Below, one piece after another: positions 1 to 10,849 of a DNA stretch of 64,000 nt. The position numbers were made by a program, and so were the translations under genes. Location of the stretch: positions 61,318,001 through 61,382,000 of the forward strand of contig OZ024743.1 in the NCBI GenBank assembly GCA_964016885.1, in the 5' to 3' direction. This DNA is from Eledone cirrhosa. Its lineage: Eukaryota. The notes under the pieces are model-generated. The model saw only the letters and a list, made by a program, of their open reading frames with translations. It did not search any database and was not told the DNA's origin. Each line of letters opens with the position of its first letter. Position 1 is the first letter of the stretch.

Positions 1-2009
1 GGACCACAAATTCGTGATCTGTGTGCTTGACTTAGATAGGCTTCATAGACGAGGACTCGGCTACTGGAAGCTAAACGCGTCCTTACCAGCGTGCAAGGCC
101 TACAGAGACCGGATTAGCGAACTAGTTAAGCGGGCGTTGACGGGGTCCATCGTCAACAACAAGTGGTGGTTTGCTCTGAAAAGAGCAATTAGAATAGAGT
201 CCATTAGGTTTAGTAAGGCTTTAGCAATAGAGAAAAATAGAGCAGAGGGAGAATTAGTTAGAAAATTAGACGAGGCGCTTAGCAAAGGCATCGCGACCGA
301 CGTACTTGCGGCGAAATTGGCCCTTGAACAATTCTTCAATGCAAAGCACGAAGGCTGCGTTGTCAGAGCTAGGGTGCGTGCTCTCAGACACGAGGGGACG
401 AAAGCCGTTCAATGGGCCCGGGTGGCGGAGGCGCCATAGTCACCGTAGTGGTGTCACCGTAGTGGTGTCGAACACCAAACACATCGAGGCGATCGGCACT
501 ACACTAAGAGAATACGAAGCGGTGACAGGAGCAATGATCAACCAGGAAAAGTCAGTGGGTCTGCAGCTCGGCACCTGGAGAGGCAGGTCCATGCCGTCCA
601 ACAGCGTCGTCGGGCGCTGGACGGACGGACCGGTTAAATTGCTAGGGGTCTGGTTCGGTCCAGACCTCCAGACGAACAAAAACTGGGACGAGGTGACGAG
701 CAGAGTGGCTTCTCTCACCCAGAAATGGGCCGAGAGGAAGCTATCCCTGAAAGGTCGAGCGGAGGTGGCTAACGCGTACATCGCCTCCGTCATCTACTAC
801 CGCCTGACCGTCGTACCTTGTCCTAAGCCCCGCCTGACTGCGCTGGAGCGTTTGCTCTTTCGCTTCTTGTGGAAGGGACGCGCTCCGATGGTCAGGCGGT
901 CCATCTGCTGTCAACACCCGCTACGTGGAGGGCTACGACATCTCCACCTCTTCCTCGACGGTGATCAGGTGTGGTCGCCGTTTGCTAGACACGTTTTTCC
1001 CCAGCTCGTCTCCTTGACGGAGCTGCAGTCCTGGGTCAAGCGAAGACCGAGAGGGAGCGCTTGGAGACTGGAATGTCTTCAGGCGCTCACAGCCCTCGAC
1101 CAATCGGGCAATGTGATCGGTGGAAACTCCACCTTGGCGTTCTATAGGGGATTAGTGGAGGGTAAGAGCGACGACGTACTTGGAGAAACTCTAGGCGTCG
1201 ACGAAAATCAACTAGCCAATCTCTTCGGAAGGACTTTCGGGCCGGGGCCTATGGACAACTTCCAGAAATCCCTGGCCTCGCAGTGCTACCGGGGAGCTTT
1301 GCCAGTTCGGGATAAACTCTACAGGCATGGAGGTGCCGTCAGCCGAGCATGTCCGAGATGCGCACAGGGCGACGAAACCGTCCTGCACGCACTCGTCCAG
1401 TGTCCGTGCATTGCTGACTTGTGGGTTTATGTCAAACACCTGCTGTCACGTGTAGGACGGATCCAGCTATCAGCTGAGTCCATCGTGAGGATTGCCCCGC
1501 CCTCTACCTTTAGCTGGGAAGGGCAGGCAGTTTTTATCTGTCCGGTGGCCATAGCAAAAGAGATAGTATGGTGGACACGTTTGAAAGGGCTGAAGACGAG
1601 CACTTGCCTCTTCGGTGATGCCCTGATTAACTTTTTCAAATTTCATTTGAAAAGGAAAATCAGGGTAGAGAGGGAAGTGCTCTCTTCCCAGCATTTTGTT
1701 GAAAGATGGGTGAGAGAAGCAAGTATGGCCCGAATGAATGGGCCTTCTCTGAGTATGTGTCTGTAAATTAAAGGTGGAAAACTGGGAGAGGGCACTTGCC
1801 CTGGTGGTCAGGGTCACTGTGGTCTTTTAATGGGCTTTCTCCACAAATGTCCCTCGGAAGTCTCCCCCCTATTGGGGAATTTTTCTTTGTTATTTTATTA
1901 CATCCTCTGTTTTTTTACACGCAGAAATGCCCATTTGTACCGTCCTGTATTGTCCTGTACTGTCCTTAATGTCTACTTTATCTAAACCCTTGTGGTTAAT
2001 AAAGAAAAC
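1..2009 (+). mobile_element. Tx1-group (L1 clade) non-LTR retrotransposon, defective copy (runs off window start; internal deletions in ORF2)
   Basis: Near-identical to 7073-10080 but lacks ~7507-8462 (RT core incl. YADD) and a 42-bp segment; ends CCCTTGTGGTTAATAAAGAAAAC followed by (TTA)n. Confidence 0.93.
14..1766 (+). pseudogene. Disrupted ORF2 (endonuclease C-terminus/linker fused to post-RT region and Cys/His motif)
   Basis: ORFs 14-439 and 306-1766 match parts of the 6399-9818 protein; CPRCAQGDETVLHALVQC retained; RT catalytic region missing. Confidence 0.9.
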
Positions 2010-2035
2010 ATTATTACTATTATTATTATTGTTGT

Positions 2036-4036
2036 TATTCCTTGAATCTCAGTCATTGATGTTGGTTAACTGGAAAGTCCGTTGGATTGAATATCAAGCC
2101 ACTACCTGCAGCCTCAGATATTCAGGACGTATCGGAGGGTTCTTGCTGTTCCAAGCAAGCATGCCTTTTGAAGCGTTCCAAAAAGCGTGACGGGGCCGAT
2201 TTTCTTAAACCATCCCTGGAAACTTTTGGAGATAGTCCCCAGTGCGCCTATGACAATCGGGATCACTTTGACTTCATGGCAGTTCCAAATCCTTTTCACC
2301 TCCCACTTTAGGTCCTGGTATCGGTTAATTTTCTCCCTCTCCTTCTCTTGCACTCTCGTGTCGAAAGGGCAGGCCACATCAACAATCAGACACGATCTTT
2401 TTTCTTTGTCCACAACCACCAGGTCAGGTCTATTGTGTTCCAGTTTTTTGTCCGTCTGTATCCTAAAATCCCACAGCACCTTCACCTGATTGTTCTCCAT
2501 CACCGCCTCTGGCCTATGCTCATACCATTTCTCAGAGTGTGGTAAATTGTTTACTTTGCACAGGTGCCAGTGGATCACCCTGCCCATCACATCGTGTCTC
2601 CAGCCCTTATAGTGGGTCTGGGCTAGGTGTTTACACTCGGACACAATGTGAGCCACAGTCTCCTCTCTCTCTCCACAGATCCTGCACAGTGGGCTAGCCT
2701 CCTCCTTGTAAATATGGTGCTTCAACCACTTCGTTTTGAGGGCCTGCTCCTGCGCAGCCATTAGCATTCCTTCTGTAGCCTTTTTGAGGTCTCCTCTTCT
2801 CAACCAGTTCCATGTCTGTGGATCTCTAAATTCAGTTTTCTCAAAGAAGGTACTATGAAGGGATTTTCCCTTAAGGCTGCTCTTCCTCCTTGATGTTATT
2901 TCCTCCTTGGACATCCCCTGGCCTACTGTCCCTTCCTTCAGTACAGTTCTGAGCATTGGCTCCTTACTATAGGTCACGTATTTGTATAGGTTGTTTTTCT
3001 CCATCTGAACACAGTCCTCTATGCTGATAAGACCGCTTCCACCCTCAGATCTCCTTAGGTAGAGTCTATCGACATCACTCCTCTTGTGGAACATGTAGAT
3101 AGTCAATAGCTTCCTAGTCTTCCTATCCATTTCTTTTTGTTCAGCAACATTCCATCTCAGAATTCCAGCACTGTACCTAATAATAGACACAGCTCGGGAA
3201 TTTACTGCGCTTATGGCATTTCTGCTGTTCAGATGTGACTTCAATACGCTCCTTACTCTCCGAATGTATTCAGTTCTTAACAATTCCTTCATTTTTTTGT
3301 TCTTTATGCCATCAGCCTCCAGAACGCCCAAATACTTGTATCCTTCCTCAGAGTCAATTTCCTTTATCATCTCACCTGTTGGTATCTGGATCCCGTTACT
3401 TCTGCTCAACCTACCCCTCTTCATCACAATGACTCCACATTTACTAATACCAAACTGCATACATATATCACTGCTGAAAATACGGACAGTGTCAACAAGC
3501 ACATCCAACTCCTTCTCACTTTTCCCGAAGAGCTTAAGATCGTCCATGAAGAGGAGGTGATTGATGGTAAGCTCTCCCTTTCCCAACTTGTATCCTCCTC
3601 TCACTTTTCGCAGCATAATGGTCAAGGGCATCAGGGCAAGGACAAACAACAGAGGGGACAGGCTATCTCCCTGGAAGATACCTCTCTTGATCTTCACGCT
3701 TCCCAAGGATACTCCAGTTGATGTCAACTCTGTCTCCCAGGACCCCATACTCCTGCCCAGCAACTGTCTGATGTTATCTGCCACCTTGAAGATCTCCAGG
3801 CTTTTGGTGATCCAAGAATGAGGCACCATGTCAAATGCCTTTCTGTAGTCTATCCATCCCATGGCAAGATCAGTGTGTCTCCTCCTGCAATTCCCCATTA
3901 CCATCTTATCAATAAGCAACTGGTCCTTTGTACCACGTGACTTCTTTCGGCATCCTTTCTGTTTGTCCGGTAACAAGTTGTTTGTGTGGAGGTGATGGTA
4001 GATTTCCTCAGACACAATGCTCGTCAGCAGTTTCCA
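2036..4036 (-). mobile_element. R4/Dong-like non-LTR retrotransposon (RT + restriction-like endonuclease), 5'-truncated
   Basis: Flanked on both sides by (TAA)n; short 3' UTR; truncated within RT at [11 protein letters not shown]. Confidence 0.88.
2114..4015 (-). CDS. Reverse transcriptase + CCHC zinc knuckle + PD-(D/E)xK restriction-like endonuclease (N-terminally truncated, open 633 aa)
   Basis: [37 protein letters not shown]; [18 protein letters not shown]; RHD; RPDLVVVD...IVDVACPFD...EKINRY. Confidence 0.92.
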   Translation of the reverse strand: MSEEIYHHLHTNNLLPDKQKGCRKKSRGTKDQLLIDKMVMGNCRRRHTDLAMGWIDYRKAFDMVPHSWITKSLEIFKVADNIRQLLGRSMGSWETELTSTGVSLGSVKIKRGIFQGDSLSPLLFVLALMPLTIMLRKVRGGYKLGKGELTINHLLFMDDLKLFGKSEKELDVLVDTVRIFSSDICMQFGISKCGVIVMKRGRLSRSNGIQIPTGEMIKEIDSEEGYKYLGVLEADGIKNKKMKELLRTEYIRRVRSVLKSHLNSRNAISAVNSRAVSIIRYSAGILRWNVAEQKEMDRKTRKLLTIYMFHKRSDVDRLYLRRSEGGSGLISIEDCVQMEKNNLYKYVTYSKEPMLRTVLKEGTVGQGMSKEEITSRRKSSLKGKSLHSTFFEKTEFRDPQTWNWLRRGDLKKATEGMLMAAQEQALKTKWLKHHIYKEEASPLCRICGEREETVAHIVSECKHLAQTHYKGWRHDVMGRVIHWHLCKVNNLPHSEKWYEHRPEAVMENNQVKVLWDFRIQTDKKLEHNRPDLVVVDKEKRSCLIVDVACPFDTRVQEKEREKINRYQDLKWEVKRIWNCHEVKVIPIVIGALGTISKSFQGWFKKIGPVTLFGTLQKACLLGTARTLRYVLNI

Positions 4037-4266
4037 TTATTATTATTATTATTGAATGCCATGGTTGACGGAGGCTCGGCTCTGTAAGGTATAGTAATTT
4101 TTAACCGTTAAAACAATTGTAAATTGTTTAAAACTTGAACCAAATTGTTGATAAAGACACCCTCCTCCTCGTGAGAGGGGTCTTTCTGTCCGTTATTTGG
4201 CCCTTCGGGGTTAAATAGCCAGTTATTGGGGTTTTGTACCCAAAATTTCATTTTAAACAAAAAAAC

Positions 4267-6363
4267 ATGGCTACCAAAAAGAAATTTCATACGTCACTCC
4301 CACTCATTCCGTCTTCTTCTTCCTCAATCATCACTACAGCAGAGAGAAGATTGTCTCTCTCCCTCCCTTCTTTAAATGTGTCTCTCTCCCTCCCTTCTCT
4401 TTCGCAAGTGACGAAAGAAAAGAAAAGTCTCGTGCAAAGCGTGCAAGGTTTCTCCACGACGACGACGACAGCGACGAAACAGGTGTGCGGGAAATACGAA
4501 AACCCAGTTCATTCGTCTGACGTCAGGAATAATAGCAGTAGCAGCCGTAATAACAACAGCAACAGTGACAATGAAAACAACAGTAGCAGCCGCAACAGCA
4601 TCACCAGCAGCATAAACAACAACAGCATTAGCAGCAGCAACACCAACAACAACCACAGCAACAGCGGCGGAGGCAGTAGTCGTAGTACCTGCAGCAACAA
4701 CAAAAGTACCAGCAGCTCTGACGACAACAACAACAGCAGAGAAAAACCAATCTCATTTGCAGGCATTGCGAAAAATTTGGAAACAATCCTCATAACAAAT
4801 GAGGAATTAGAGGAAGCGAAGAAGATGGTGACAAAGAACGGACACCGAGCAATCTGCAAGGCAGCGAAAAATTTTTTCGAAACCCAAGAGCACTGTACGG
4901 TCACGTACCGTACAGTAAGTACAAAATCCCGTAGGGTGGAAAGAGCCACAGAGGCCCAAATACAAAAAGCCTTGGGGTCTGTGTGGCAGCGGAAAACGCA
5001 CATCACCCGAGGCAAAAAATATGCCACCGTAGACGTACTTTTTGCCACACCCCAGGAGGCAAAGGCCCAATCAGTAGTGACCCTAAGGAGCGAGGAAATG
5101 GTGTTGGTGCCCTCCTACTGTGGGCAAAAAATTGTGAGGGTCAAACTGACCCACGTCCCCCCCGGAATGACCCCTTCTTGGCTGGCCGCGTCTGTCCTCG
5201 TCGGAATCGAGGACAAAACAACTGTACTGCAAGTACAGAAAAAAGTAAGAGAAGATTGGGTCGGCTCCTCCATTGAGATGCTAATCCAAACCAACCAGGA
5301 GTGCATCGAAGCTATCCCGGATGTGATAGACTTCGATAACGGCACTCAACTGCCCATAAGTGTTGAGGGCAAACGCCCGAAATGCTTTCGCTGTGGATCG
5401 AAGACTCACCTCAGGGCCTTCTGCAACGAGAAGACCCTGAGAAAGGAGAAAACCCCCCTCCTTCCGAATCCGGCTCCACGGCTACCAGCAACAGGACAAG
5501 CGGCAACCAGGAACGATAGGCCCGTGGCACCCATACCCACTCCACGGAAATCAAAAACAGCAGCAGCAGTGGAAATACTAACAACAACAACAGCAATACC
5601 AAATGCAGCTGCAACAGAGACTCCAGTGCAAACATCACCAACAACAACAAGTGAAAGAGTGGAGTTGGTACCCCTCCCCGACCTCACAGAATCAGACATG
5701 GAGTGTGAGGTGGGAGAGAGATGGCAAAAGGTCGTAAGAAGGCACAAACGCAGAAGCAGCGCATCGTCGCCTTTGAAAAGTGAGGAAAGAAATGAGAAAA
5801 GGGTAAAGTCTACTGCAAAGAGACCCACAGCAGCAACAACACCAACACCATCACCACCCACACTAGCGCCACCATCACCACCGGCGACAACCCCACCGCC
5901 AACAACACCTTCAACACCACCACCACAAGCACCAACATCGCAAACACAACAACAAAACACACACACCCAGCAACAACGACAAGAAAATAGCAGAACCACA
6001 CCCCACCCCCAGAAAAACAAATGCACGGCAATAAATACACACAACAAGAAACTAATGACTTACATAATTGAACACACAGACATTTCACAACAGGACTACA
6101 TAATACCAGCACCAATCAAAACGCCAACTAACATAAGACTGCTAAAAATAGCACAGAAACAATACACAAACATTAAAACGAAATTCCCCAACGCAGTTGG
6201 TGATTTCAGGGACCTAGGAGGAACCATCAATCGAAGAGTATACTCAGACATTCTCTTAGAAGAGCCGACGACCAGCCGAAGGGACGATTCAACGGTCCCT
6301 TCACCAGACGATCAAGTGAAAAGGGATGTAAAAACCATCCCTCCTCTACCAAAAGTACGGTAA
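4267..6363 (+). CDS. ORF1 gag-like nucleic-acid-binding protein
   Basis: First ATG at 4267 (AAAAACATGG); CX2CX4HX4C knuckle CFRCGSKTHLRAFC; Asn/Ser-rich and Pro/Thr-rich low-complexity tracts; directly upstream of ORF2. Confidence 0.88.
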   Translation: MATKKKFHTSLPLIPSSSSSIITTAERRLSLSLPSLNVSLSLPSLSQVTKEKKSLVQSVQGFSTTTTTATKQVCGKYENPVHSSDVRNNSSSSRNNNSNSDNENNSSSRNSITSSINNNSISSSNTNNNHSNSGGGSSRSTCSNNKSTSSSDDNNNSREKPISFAGIAKNLETILITNEELEEAKKMVTKNGHRAICKAAKNFFETQEHCTVTYRTVSTKSRRVERATEAQIQKALGSVWQRKTHITRGKKYATVDVLFATPQEAKAQSVVTLRSEEMVLVPSYCGQKIVRVKLTHVPPGMTPSWLAASVLVGIEDKTTVLQVQKKVREDWVGSSIEMLIQTNQECIEAIPDVIDFDNGTQLPISVEGKRPKCFRCGSKTHLRAFCNEKTLRKEKTPLLPNPAPRLPATGQAATRNDRPVAPIPTPRKSKTAAAVEILTTTTAIPNAAATETPVQTSPTTTSERVELVPLPDLTESDMECEVGERWQKVVRRHKRRSSASSPLKSEERNEKRVKSTAKRPTAATTPTPSPPTLAPPSPPATTPPPTTPSTPPPQAPTSQTQQQNTHTQQQRQENSRTTPHPQKNKCTAINTHNKKLMTYIIEHTDISQQDYIIPAPIKTPTNIRLLKIAQKQYTNIKTKFPNAVGDFRDLGGTINRRVYSDILLEEPTTSRRDDSTVPSPDDQVKRDVKTIPPLPKVR

Positions 6364-6398
6364 GTGGTCTTTCCCATCTTTTCCACTCTATTTTAAAC

Positions 6399-9300
6399 AT
6401 GACCTCACTCAGAATAGGCAGCATAAATGCGCGTGGCTTGGGGTCGTCATGGAAGCAGGGTCACCTGCTCAACGACCTCAGGTCACTAAACATAGATGTA
6501 GTGGCCATCAGCGAGACCAGAATCTCCGAAGCACGGGCCTTCGCACCGATCTTCGGCGGCTTCGATGTGTACGCATCTCCCAGCCGTCCTGGATCCGGTG
6601 GAGGAGTTGCTGTGCTTTTTCGGAGAGGTTTGGATCTCGCCATACGGGCCATCTTCCTGGACCCAGAGGGTAAGCTGGTGGTGCTGGACGTGACCAGCGG
6701 AGACGGGCAAGCTTTCAGGCTAGTGGCCGTCTATGCCCCGACAGGAGCAGGGCGGCCTGATTTCTTCCGGCGTCTGGAGACCTTTCTTGGAACGTCCCGC
6801 TCTTTAGTGTTAGTGGGCGACTGGAACGGGATCTTAGATGCACGCTGGGACTGTGTGGGATTAGCGGATAGGGGTGGAGGGTGCAAGAGCCTCACCAACC
6901 TGCTCAGGCGTTTTGAACTGTCTGACAGGTACCGATTGGATTTCCCGAATGTGCCAATGTGGACTTGGACAAACCGCATAGGGTCATCCAGATCATATCT
7001 AGATAGAGTATTTTGTAGGGAAATAGATAGGTCTAGCATAGGCTGTCCACAATTCAAGATAGTCAGCTACACGGACCACAAATTCGTGATCTGTGTGCTT
7101 GACTTAGATAGGCTTCATAGACGAGGACCCGGCTACTGGAAGCTAAACGCGTCCTTACCAGCGCGCAAGGCCTACAGAGACCGGATTAGCGAACTAGTTA
7201 AGCGGGCGTTGACGGGGGCCATCGTCAACAACAAGTGGTGGTTTGCTCTGAAAAGAGCGATTAGAATAGAATCGATTAGGTTTAGTAAGGCTTTAGCAAT
7301 AGAGAAAAATAGAGCAGAGGGAGAACTAGTTAGAAAATTAGACGAGGCGCTTAGCAAAGGCATTGCGACCGACGTGCTTGCGGCGAAATTGGCCCTTGAC
7401 CAATTCTTCAATGCAAAGCACGAAGGCTGCGTTGTCAGAGCTAGGGTGCGTGCTCTCAGACACGAGGGGACGAAAGCCGTTCAATGGGCCCGAGTGGCGG
7501 AGGCGCGTCGTGGCAACAAAGCCACGATCCGGTCTTTGGTGGACCACGACGGGCGCATGCTACTCGATCCCGGGCAAATGTGTGAAGCTTTTCAGCGACA
7601 CTTCGCTCAGCTGTTCGGGGGCAGCGGGGGGCCGGGTAGAGGGATGGACTTTAGTGTCTACCTCGACGGACTGCCGCGGCTCTCGGCCACTGAGGCGAAG
7701 TGTTGCGAAAAGCCGATAACAGCCGCTGAAGTACGGGAGGCAATGACTGGCTGCACAAGGGGTAAATCGCCTGGTTTGGATGGTCTGCCCTATGAACTTT
7801 ACGTACAGATGCCAGACTTGTTCGGAGGCCTCTTGGCGGACGTCTACTGCAACTGGCAACAGAACGGGAGAATTCCCAGTTCTGTGAGCCGAGGAGCGGT
7901 GGCACTGCTGAGAAAGGATCCGAACAAGGGGGATAACATAGACAATTTCCGGCCCATAACTCTGCTAAACACAGAGTTTAAGATTTTGGCCAAGGTGCTA
8001 GCAAAGAGGTTGGCGCTTGTCGTTGGTGGTCTGGTGGGAGAGGCGCAGACATGCGCCATTCCCGACAGATCCATCCACGACAACCTCCACCTCATGCGAT
8101 ACATCGTAGAGAGGGTAGCTAGGGAACCTGGCACGGGTGGGTCCTTGATCAATTTAGATCAGTCGAAAGCTTTCGATAGGGTCGACCATCGTTACCTAGC
8201 GGCAGTCCTGAGGGCGGCTGGCTTTGGGCCCGTCTTCAGAGGCTGGATCGCTGCCATGCACAGCGACATCTGCTCTGTGGTGAGAGTGAACGGTCACCTG
8301 TCGGAACCGTTCAACATCATGCGCTCGGTCCGCCAAGGATGTCCCCTCTCGTCCCTCTTGTACGTATTGACTCTCGAGCCATTACTGCACAAACTGGAGA
8401 CGTTGAGGGGAGTCCCGCGCGAACTAGGATGCGGAAGATCCGTGTCAGCATATGCGGACGATGTCACCGTAGTGGTGTCGAACGCCAAACACATCGAGGC
8501 GATCGGCACTACACTAAGAGAATACGAAGCGGTGACAGGAGCAATGATCAACCAGGAAAAGTCAGTGGGCCTGCAGCTCGGCACCTGGAGAGGCAGGTCC
8601 ATGCCGTCCAACAGCGTCGTCGGGCGCTGGACGGACGGACCGGTTAAATTGCTAGGGGTCTGGTTCGGTCCGGACCTCCAGACGGACAAAAACTGGGACG
8701 AGGTGACGAGCAGGGTGGCTTCTCTCACCCAGAAATGGGCGGAGAGGAAGCTATCCCTGAAAGGTCGAGCGGAGGTGGCTAACGCGTACATCGCGTCTGT
8801 CATCTGCTACCGCCTGACCGTCGTACCTTGTCCTAAGCCTCGCCTGACTGCGCTGGAGCGTTTGCTCTTTCGCTTTTTGTGGAAGGGACGTGCTCCGATG
8901 GTCAGGCGGTCCATCTGTTGTCAACACCCGCTACGTGGAGGGCTGGGCATGCCGTGGCTGATGATGCGCAGGCACGCGCTCAGGCTACGACATCTCCACC
9001 TCTTCCTCGACGGTGATCAGGTGTGGTCGCCGTTTGCTAGACGCGTTTTTCCCCAGCTCGTTTCCTTGACGGAGCTGCAGTCCTGGGTCAAGCGAAGACC
9101 GAGAGGGAGCGCCTGGAGACTGGAATGTCTTCAGGCGCTCACAGCCCTCGACCAATCGGGCAATGTGATCGGTGGAAACTCCACCTCGGCGTTCTATAGA
9201 GGATTAGTGGAGGGGAAGAGCGACGACGTACTTGGGGAAACTCTAGGCGTCGACGAAAATCAACTAGCCAATCTCTTCGGAAGAACTTTCGGGCCAGGGC

Positions 9301-9818
9301 CTATGGACAACTTCCAGAAATCTCTGGCCTGGCAGTGCTACCGAGGAGCCTTGCCAGTTCGGGATAAACTCTACAGGCATGGAGGTGCCGTCAGCCGGGC
9401 ATGTCCGAGATGCGCGCAGGGCGACGAAACCGTCCTGCACGCACTCGTCCAGTGTCCGAAAATTGCTGACTTGTGGGTTTATGTCGAACACCTGCTGTCG
9501 CGTTTAGGACGGATCCAGCTATCATCTGAGTCTATCGTGAGGATTGCCCCGCCCTCCTCCTTTAGCCGGGAAGGGCAGGCAGTTTTTATCTGTCTGGTGG
9601 CCATGGCGAAAGAGATAGTATGGTGGACACGTTTGAAAGGGCTGAAGACGAGCACTTACCTCTTCGGTGATGCTCTGATTGACTTTTTCAAATTTCATTT
9701 GAAAAGGAAAATCAGAGTAGAGAAGGAAGTGCTCTCTTCCCAGCATTTTGTTGAAAGATGGGTGAGAGAAGCAAGAATGGCCCGAGTGAATGGGCCGACT
9801 CTGAGTATATATCTGTAA
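6399..9818 (+). CDS. ORF2: APE endonuclease + reverse transcriptase + C-terminal Cys/His motif, 1139 aa, uninterrupted
   Basis: SINARGL, ISET, VYAP, GDWN, YLDRVF, TDH (APE); KSPGLDGLP, FRPITLLN, DQSKAFDRVDH, VRQGCPLS, AYADD (RT); CPRC..ETVLHALVQC. Confidence 0.97.
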   Translation: MTSLRIGSINARGLGSSWKQGHLLNDLRSLNIDVVAISETRISEARAFAPIFGGFDVYASPSRPGSGGGVAVLFRRGLDLAIRAIFLDPEGKLVVLDVTSGDGQAFRLVAVYAPTGAGRPDFFRRLETFLGTSRSLVLVGDWNGILDARWDCVGLADRGGGCKSLTNLLRRFELSDRYRLDFPNVPMWTWTNRIGSSRSYLDRVFCREIDRSSIGCPQFKIVSYTDHKFVICVLDLDRLHRRGPGYWKLNASLPARKAYRDRISELVKRALTGAIVNNKWWFALKRAIRIESIRFSKALAIEKNRAEGELVRKLDEALSKGIATDVLAAKLALDQFFNAKHEGCVVRARVRALRHEGTKAVQWARVAEARRGNKATIRSLVDHDGRMLLDPGQMCEAFQRHFAQLFGGSGGPGRGMDFSVYLDGLPRLSATEAKCCEKPITAAEVREAMTGCTRGKSPGLDGLPYELYVQMPDLFGGLLADVYCNWQQNGRIPSSVSRGAVALLRKDPNKGDNIDNFRPITLLNTEFKILAKVLAKRLALVVGGLVGEAQTCAIPDRSIHDNLHLMRYIVERVAREPGTGGSLINLDQSKAFDRVDHRYLAAVLRAAGFGPVFRGWIAAMHSDICSVVRVNGHLSEPFNIMRSVRQGCPLSSLLYVLTLEPLLHKLETLRGVPRELGCGRSVSAYADDVTVVVSNAKHIEAIGTTLREYEAVTGAMINQEKSVGLQLGTWRGRSMPSNSVVGRWTDGPVKLLGVWFGPDLQTDKNWDEVTSRVASLTQKWAERKLSLKGRAEVANAYIASVICYRLTVVPCPKPRLTALERLLFRFLWKGRAPMVRRSICCQHPLRGGLGMPWLMMRRHALRLRHLHLFLDGDQVWSPFARRVFPQLVSLTELQSWVKRRPRGSAWRLECLQALTALDQSGNVIGGNSTSAFYRGLVEGKSDDVLGETLGVDENQLANLFGRTFGPGPMDNFQKSLAWQCYRGALPVRDKLYRHGGAVSRACPRCAQGDETVLHALVQCPKIADLWVYVEHLLSRLGRIQLSSESIVRIAPPSSFSREGQAVFICLVAMAKEIVWWTRLKGLKTSTYLFGDALIDFFKFHLKRKIRVEKEVLSSQHFVERWVREARMARVNGPTLSIYL

Positions 9819-10078
9819 ACTAAAGGTGGAAAACTGGGAGAGGGCACTTGCCTTGGTGGTCAGGGTCATTGTGGCTTTTTACTGGGCTTTCTCCACAAAT
9901 GTCCCTCCGAAGTCTCCCCCCTATTGGGGAATTTTTCATTGTTATTTTCATTGTTATTTTTGTTACATCCTCTGTTTTTGTTTTTTTACACGCAGAAATG
10001 CCCATTTGTACCGTCCTGCATTGTCCTGCACTGTCCTTAATGTCTACTTTATGTAAACCCTTGTGGTTAATAAAGAAA

Positions 10079-10137
<59 letters not shown>

Positions 10138-10139
10138 GT

Positions 10140-10350
10140 TATTGTTATTCCTTGAATCTCAGTCATTGATGTTGGTTAACTGGAAAGTCCGTTGGATTGA
10201 ATATCAAGCCACTACCTGCAGCCTCAGATATTCAGGACGTATCGGAGGGTTCTTGCCGTTCCAAGCAAGCATGCCTTTTGAAGCGTTCCAAAAAGCGTGA
10301 AGGGGCCGATTTTCTTTAACCATCCCTGGAAACCTTTGGAGATAGTCCCC
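10140..10350 (-). mobile_element. R4/Dong-like element, ~210-bp 3' end only
   Basis: Near-identical to ~2030-2240 (a few substitutions); (TAA)n on both sides. Confidence 0.9.
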
Positions 10351-10351
10351 A

Positions 10352-10446
<95 letters not shown>
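10351..10446. repeat. (TTA)n-(TA)n-(TG)n compound microsatellite
   Basis: Direct reading. Confidence 0.95.
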
Positions 10447-10449
<3 letters not shown>

Positions 10450-10849
10450 CTGGTTGTCTGCCAAATACAATGCTTCACCACTCCAGTGTACATGATGCTC
10501 AGTACTGGCATGAGATTTTATATGGTCTTTTAGATCACACATATTTTTAAAAAGCCGCCAATATAAATTGCTTGTTAGTTTTTGGTGCAGCTTGGGCCGA
10601 CTGAGTATATTGCTGAAATTTGAAATGTTTTCTTGAGATCTTGTGTCATATGTGGCATTGATAATGGTGAACTGGGTTGTATATTCTATTGTCAGTTGGG
10701 GGTGCCCTTTTGTATGCTCTCATCTGAGATCGAAGTCCTCTATCTAGCAGGCAGTTTCTGCCAGAAACTGTACAAGTAGAAAAAGTTCCATTAATTTCAT
10801 GTGTCCGTGGGGGTAGTTTTTTTTTTCTAATATTCCTCTTAATATTTAC

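Larger units (their letters stand above)
4054..10080 (+). mobile_element. Full-length Tx1-group (L1 clade) non-LTR retrotransposon
   Basis: (TTA)n at both ends; ~210-nt 5' UTR, ORF1, 35-nt spacer, ORF2, ~260-nt 3' UTR with terminal AATAAA. Confidence 0.93.

Noticed and set aside
4234-4266. ORF1 start at 4234 as given by the ORF track
   Set aside because: That start is TTG; the first ATG in good context is at 4267
4372-9869. Antisense and alternate-frame ORFs overlapping the Tx1 element
   Set aside because: Shadows of GC-rich or low-complexity coding sequence with no independent motifs
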